A stretch of 63,094 nucleotides of DNA, the filler included, from Choristocarpus tenellus KU-1152 (taxonomy: Eukaryota > Protista > Phaeophyceae): the NCBI GenBank assembly GCA_964200185.2. It is 10 parts of 10 records of this genome, joined end to end, with 100 filler letters (N's around TTAATTAATTAA, not from the genome) between each part and the next. Parts side by side here need not be neighbours in the genome. Positions count along the whole stretch, not along the records: positions 60,109 to 63,094 come from CAXNAD020023135.1; 9 more parts are not named here. One strand, 5' to 3'. A model generated the notes under the pieces. It made no database searches, was not told the DNA's origin, and worked only from the letters and a program-made list of their open reading frames with translations. The translations under genes and the position numbers were made by a program. Below, piece by piece: positions 60,214-63,094 of this stretch. Every line of letters starts with the position of its first letter. Within the stretch, counting starts at the first letter, position 1.

Positions 60214-61938
60214 CAATGATTGCATCATTCCAAATTTTGCCTCCATTGCAAAGCCACAGATGTTGTGTTCGTGCTCTGCAGAACAGTAGAAATCCGAGGT
60301 GACCTTGGAGATGGCTCTGTAGCAGGACTGACCTGCAGATTCGATCCACTTGGAAGTGGGTGTTTGGGAAGGGAAGTGTTCCTATGGTCTTCTCCCGGGC
60401 GAGAAACCCGTCTGTGTCCTGTTGATCCAGCAGGAGATGGACTCAAGGATAGGAGTTAGTGAGGTTAAGATTTTTGTCATGTCCTTACTTTGGTGTCACA
60501 ACAAGATGGACGGGCGGATTCAAATCCATTACAGTGAAATGATCTTTAAGTGGTACTTATCACAACAGAATACAATTCCCTCAACATGCTGCAAAAGCTC
60601 ACCGATCAAACAAGGCCTACACTCAAGTCCTGAACACACCATAATGAAACGCTCAAACAGAACAACACAGGTAATAGCAACATCCAAGTGTGGCACAGAG
60701 CTGCCTGGGCAACACTTCCAACTCACTGTGTATGTTAAGCCTCATGCATGAGAATTCCTGGAGAATTTCGGGACCTGAAGCAAGTCATGAAGCAGGATAA
60801 TTCCATCACTCTGTGTATGAGACTTATTATTTTCTGGATGAAGTGAACAACATTAGAAATAGGAACACCACCTGGAAGGTGAAGGAGGCGGAGCACACAC
60901 ACAGCACCAGCAAATCTGAAAGAACAGAGAGTCCACCTTTATGAGAGGTATTTGCACTGGAAGGGACAGAAAAGGGTACATACACCTCCTCAAGCACTTA
61001 CAAGTAGCATGTACTCCAGGGATTTTCGAAGTACATTTCCAATTTATTGTATTTTTTACTGTTGCTGTTGGGTGATGCTCATTATGCCCTTCACAACTGT
61101 GATCACTTCAGCAAGGCGTGTGGTATGAATGTATGTATGAATGTCCCATATTACGACAATGCAGCCCCTGTACTCACCAAACATATATGTTCGGTTCATC
61201 GTTACGTATGCAATAATAATAATAATAATCAACCGCAAGATGCACAAAAACACCGTACAGCACTCCCCTACTTAATGCAACACAGACAATCACAAAAAAA
61301 AATGCCACCCTCGACTTACACTAGCCAAAACATCACATGCACACATGCACACACACACACAAATACAAATCCACAGAAAAAATGCCTTGCTCATAATCAG
61401 TTAATTAACACTGGACAGCTCTGCACAAGTAGTTGCACTAGTATCTGTTTACACAGAAATGCCAGTCACCAAAACAACCCACAAAAAATTCATCAGCAAA
61501 TGCCAACAACAGTAATACAACAGTAATACTTTTTCACGAGGCCTCACCATCATAACAACAAATACCAACGACAGTAATGACAAGCATGCACAGCAAAATA
61601 CCAACACTAGGGCAGCAATTGCCCACCCCACCTACATCTAGAGGCAATGTACTTGTTCGGCATTTTACGAAAATCAACGGATCAACCGACAAACACCTGA
61701 AAGATGCCGACCAGCAAAAAGTCACGTAGCAATCCCCCCCCCAAAAAAACAAACAAACAAACAAACAAAACACTCCAAACAAAGATGACACAGAACAAAC
61801 TACTACAACAAAAAGGGACTACACCAGCAGCATTACAAAACAGCACAACATTGCCTAAAAAAATATGAATTGATTGCTGTGTCCCCCCCCCCCCTCTTCT
61901 CAGCCATCACAATCATAACCCGTCGCTAACACTACTCA

Positions 61939-62956
61939 TCAAAGGAAAGCCCGACCAGAGCTGCTGCTGTGATTACCGCCACCCAAAGACCCTGACGGGG
62001 GCATCACCATAGGCACAGTCCCCATTGTTACAGTCCATGGCATCTCCACAGACTCTTGCTCCTTGCCTACCCTACTTGCACTATTCCCATCAACCTCTCC
62101 ACCATGTCCTCCCAAGGCCCCTAGACCCACCATCCCCATACTGCTGCTGCTAGCCTCGCCCCCACCACTAGCAGCACTAGTTCGGCATTCATTCCCCTCA
62201 TCAAAACACAGTGCGCCATACCCAGATGAGGCAGAGACACCGGAAGAAACAGGGAGGGGGGCAGAGGGCGACGGCATGATAGCGTCGGAAATGCCTCCCG
62301 AACACTTAGAAGAGGCAACAAACACTGGCAAGGAACCAACGCCATTCCCAACACTCTCAAGGCCATTGCCACGTGCCGAGGCCGCTACATTCAAAGGCGA
62401 AGACGTTCCCAACCTCACCACCTGCCCCAAGGAAACATCCACTCCCGAACCCGACCTAAGGCTTGAGGTCACGTTTCGCAGCCCTGAGGGCGGCCCAGAG
62501 CTGGGGGGAAATTGCAACCCTCCTACAATCGGTTCCTTAATGGGGGACAACTCAATCCCTGAGCTACAAGATCCCACACTGGCAGCGGCAGCATATAGAG
62601 TGCCCGTAGCACCATCTGTGCTCAATTTCGAAGGGGAAGCAGTACCACCACCTGGAGGGGTAGCCATGCTCATTGCTGGGGGAGCAGCAGACACGGCAAG
62701 CTGATGCACAGTCGGGGCGCTGACACCATGGACTGTCTTGCTATCGCTGCCTCCGTGGCCGGGGGAGAGGCCCGTTTCTTGACCTCGAGGAAGGACTTCT
62801 GGCGATAGAGGGGGTGGGAGTGTGGCTTGCAATAGAGACGGTGCAGTCGAGGTGTTCGAATTGCCTCTATCAACAGGAGTATGTGGGGAAGGCGTTGTCG
62901 ACCCTCGAGGGGAGTCTCCGGATTTAATCTTCAGTCGGGTTTCCAGCTCGGCTATC
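61939..62956 (-). CDS. Large Ser/Gly/Pro-rich internal exon of an unknown protein
   Basis: There is a ~1-kb open frame with acceptor TACAG at 62957. It begins with coiled-coil-like IAELETRLK. The 3' boundary is uncertain. Confidence 0.6.
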
Positions 62957-63094
62957 CTGTACGCACGAGCCAACGAGAAAAATTAGGAAAATTAAAAAAA
63001 GTATTGTAGGGGGGTGTTGGGGGTTAGGGAAGAGAAGGGGGGGGTTGTGAAGGGGCGTCCGTTTCGGTCAAACAACTCTTTTTTTTGCTCACAT

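Noticed and set aside
62063-62704. 213-aa plus-strand ORF
   Set aside because: It is the antisense shadow of the longer minus-strand exon, which has a splice acceptor.

Overview
This window is eukaryotic, intron-rich DNA made of ten unrelated contigs joined by artificial 100-bp N-linkers, each containing TTAATTAATTAA. The brown-algal-type RTE LINE, the interstitial (CCCTAA)n tracts and a flagellar gene suggest a stramenopile, probably a brown alga; this is inference. Spliced host genes I could reconstruct by hand are WDR54 (5' part), CFAP43 (3' part), a RAD54-family SNF2 ATPase, a DWDD-type HAD protein, the 3' end of a VASt-like membrane protein, a large gene with weak PTEN/tensin-like motifs, and three unknown genes. 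The rest is mostly decayed transposons: Ty3/gypsy gag+PBS+LTR, Ty1/copia, an RTE LINE, RLE-type non-LTR fragments, Tc1 and DD39D-like mariner relics, and an abundant Sola2-like TIR family (~260-bp MITEs with 4-bp TSDs plus larger poly-G-ended elements). The most unusual region is contig 41020-52435. It holds a spliced, pseudogenised ParB/Srx-like gene with possible DNA-methyltransferase-like fragments and three different tandem arrays (~200-235 bp, 78 bp, ~90 bp). A 17-bp motif (TTTACCGTTCGACAGAA) recurs there about 8-9 times in both orientations, once as the loop of a perfect 14-bp hairpin. All domain calls come from motif recognition by eye; no searches were run.
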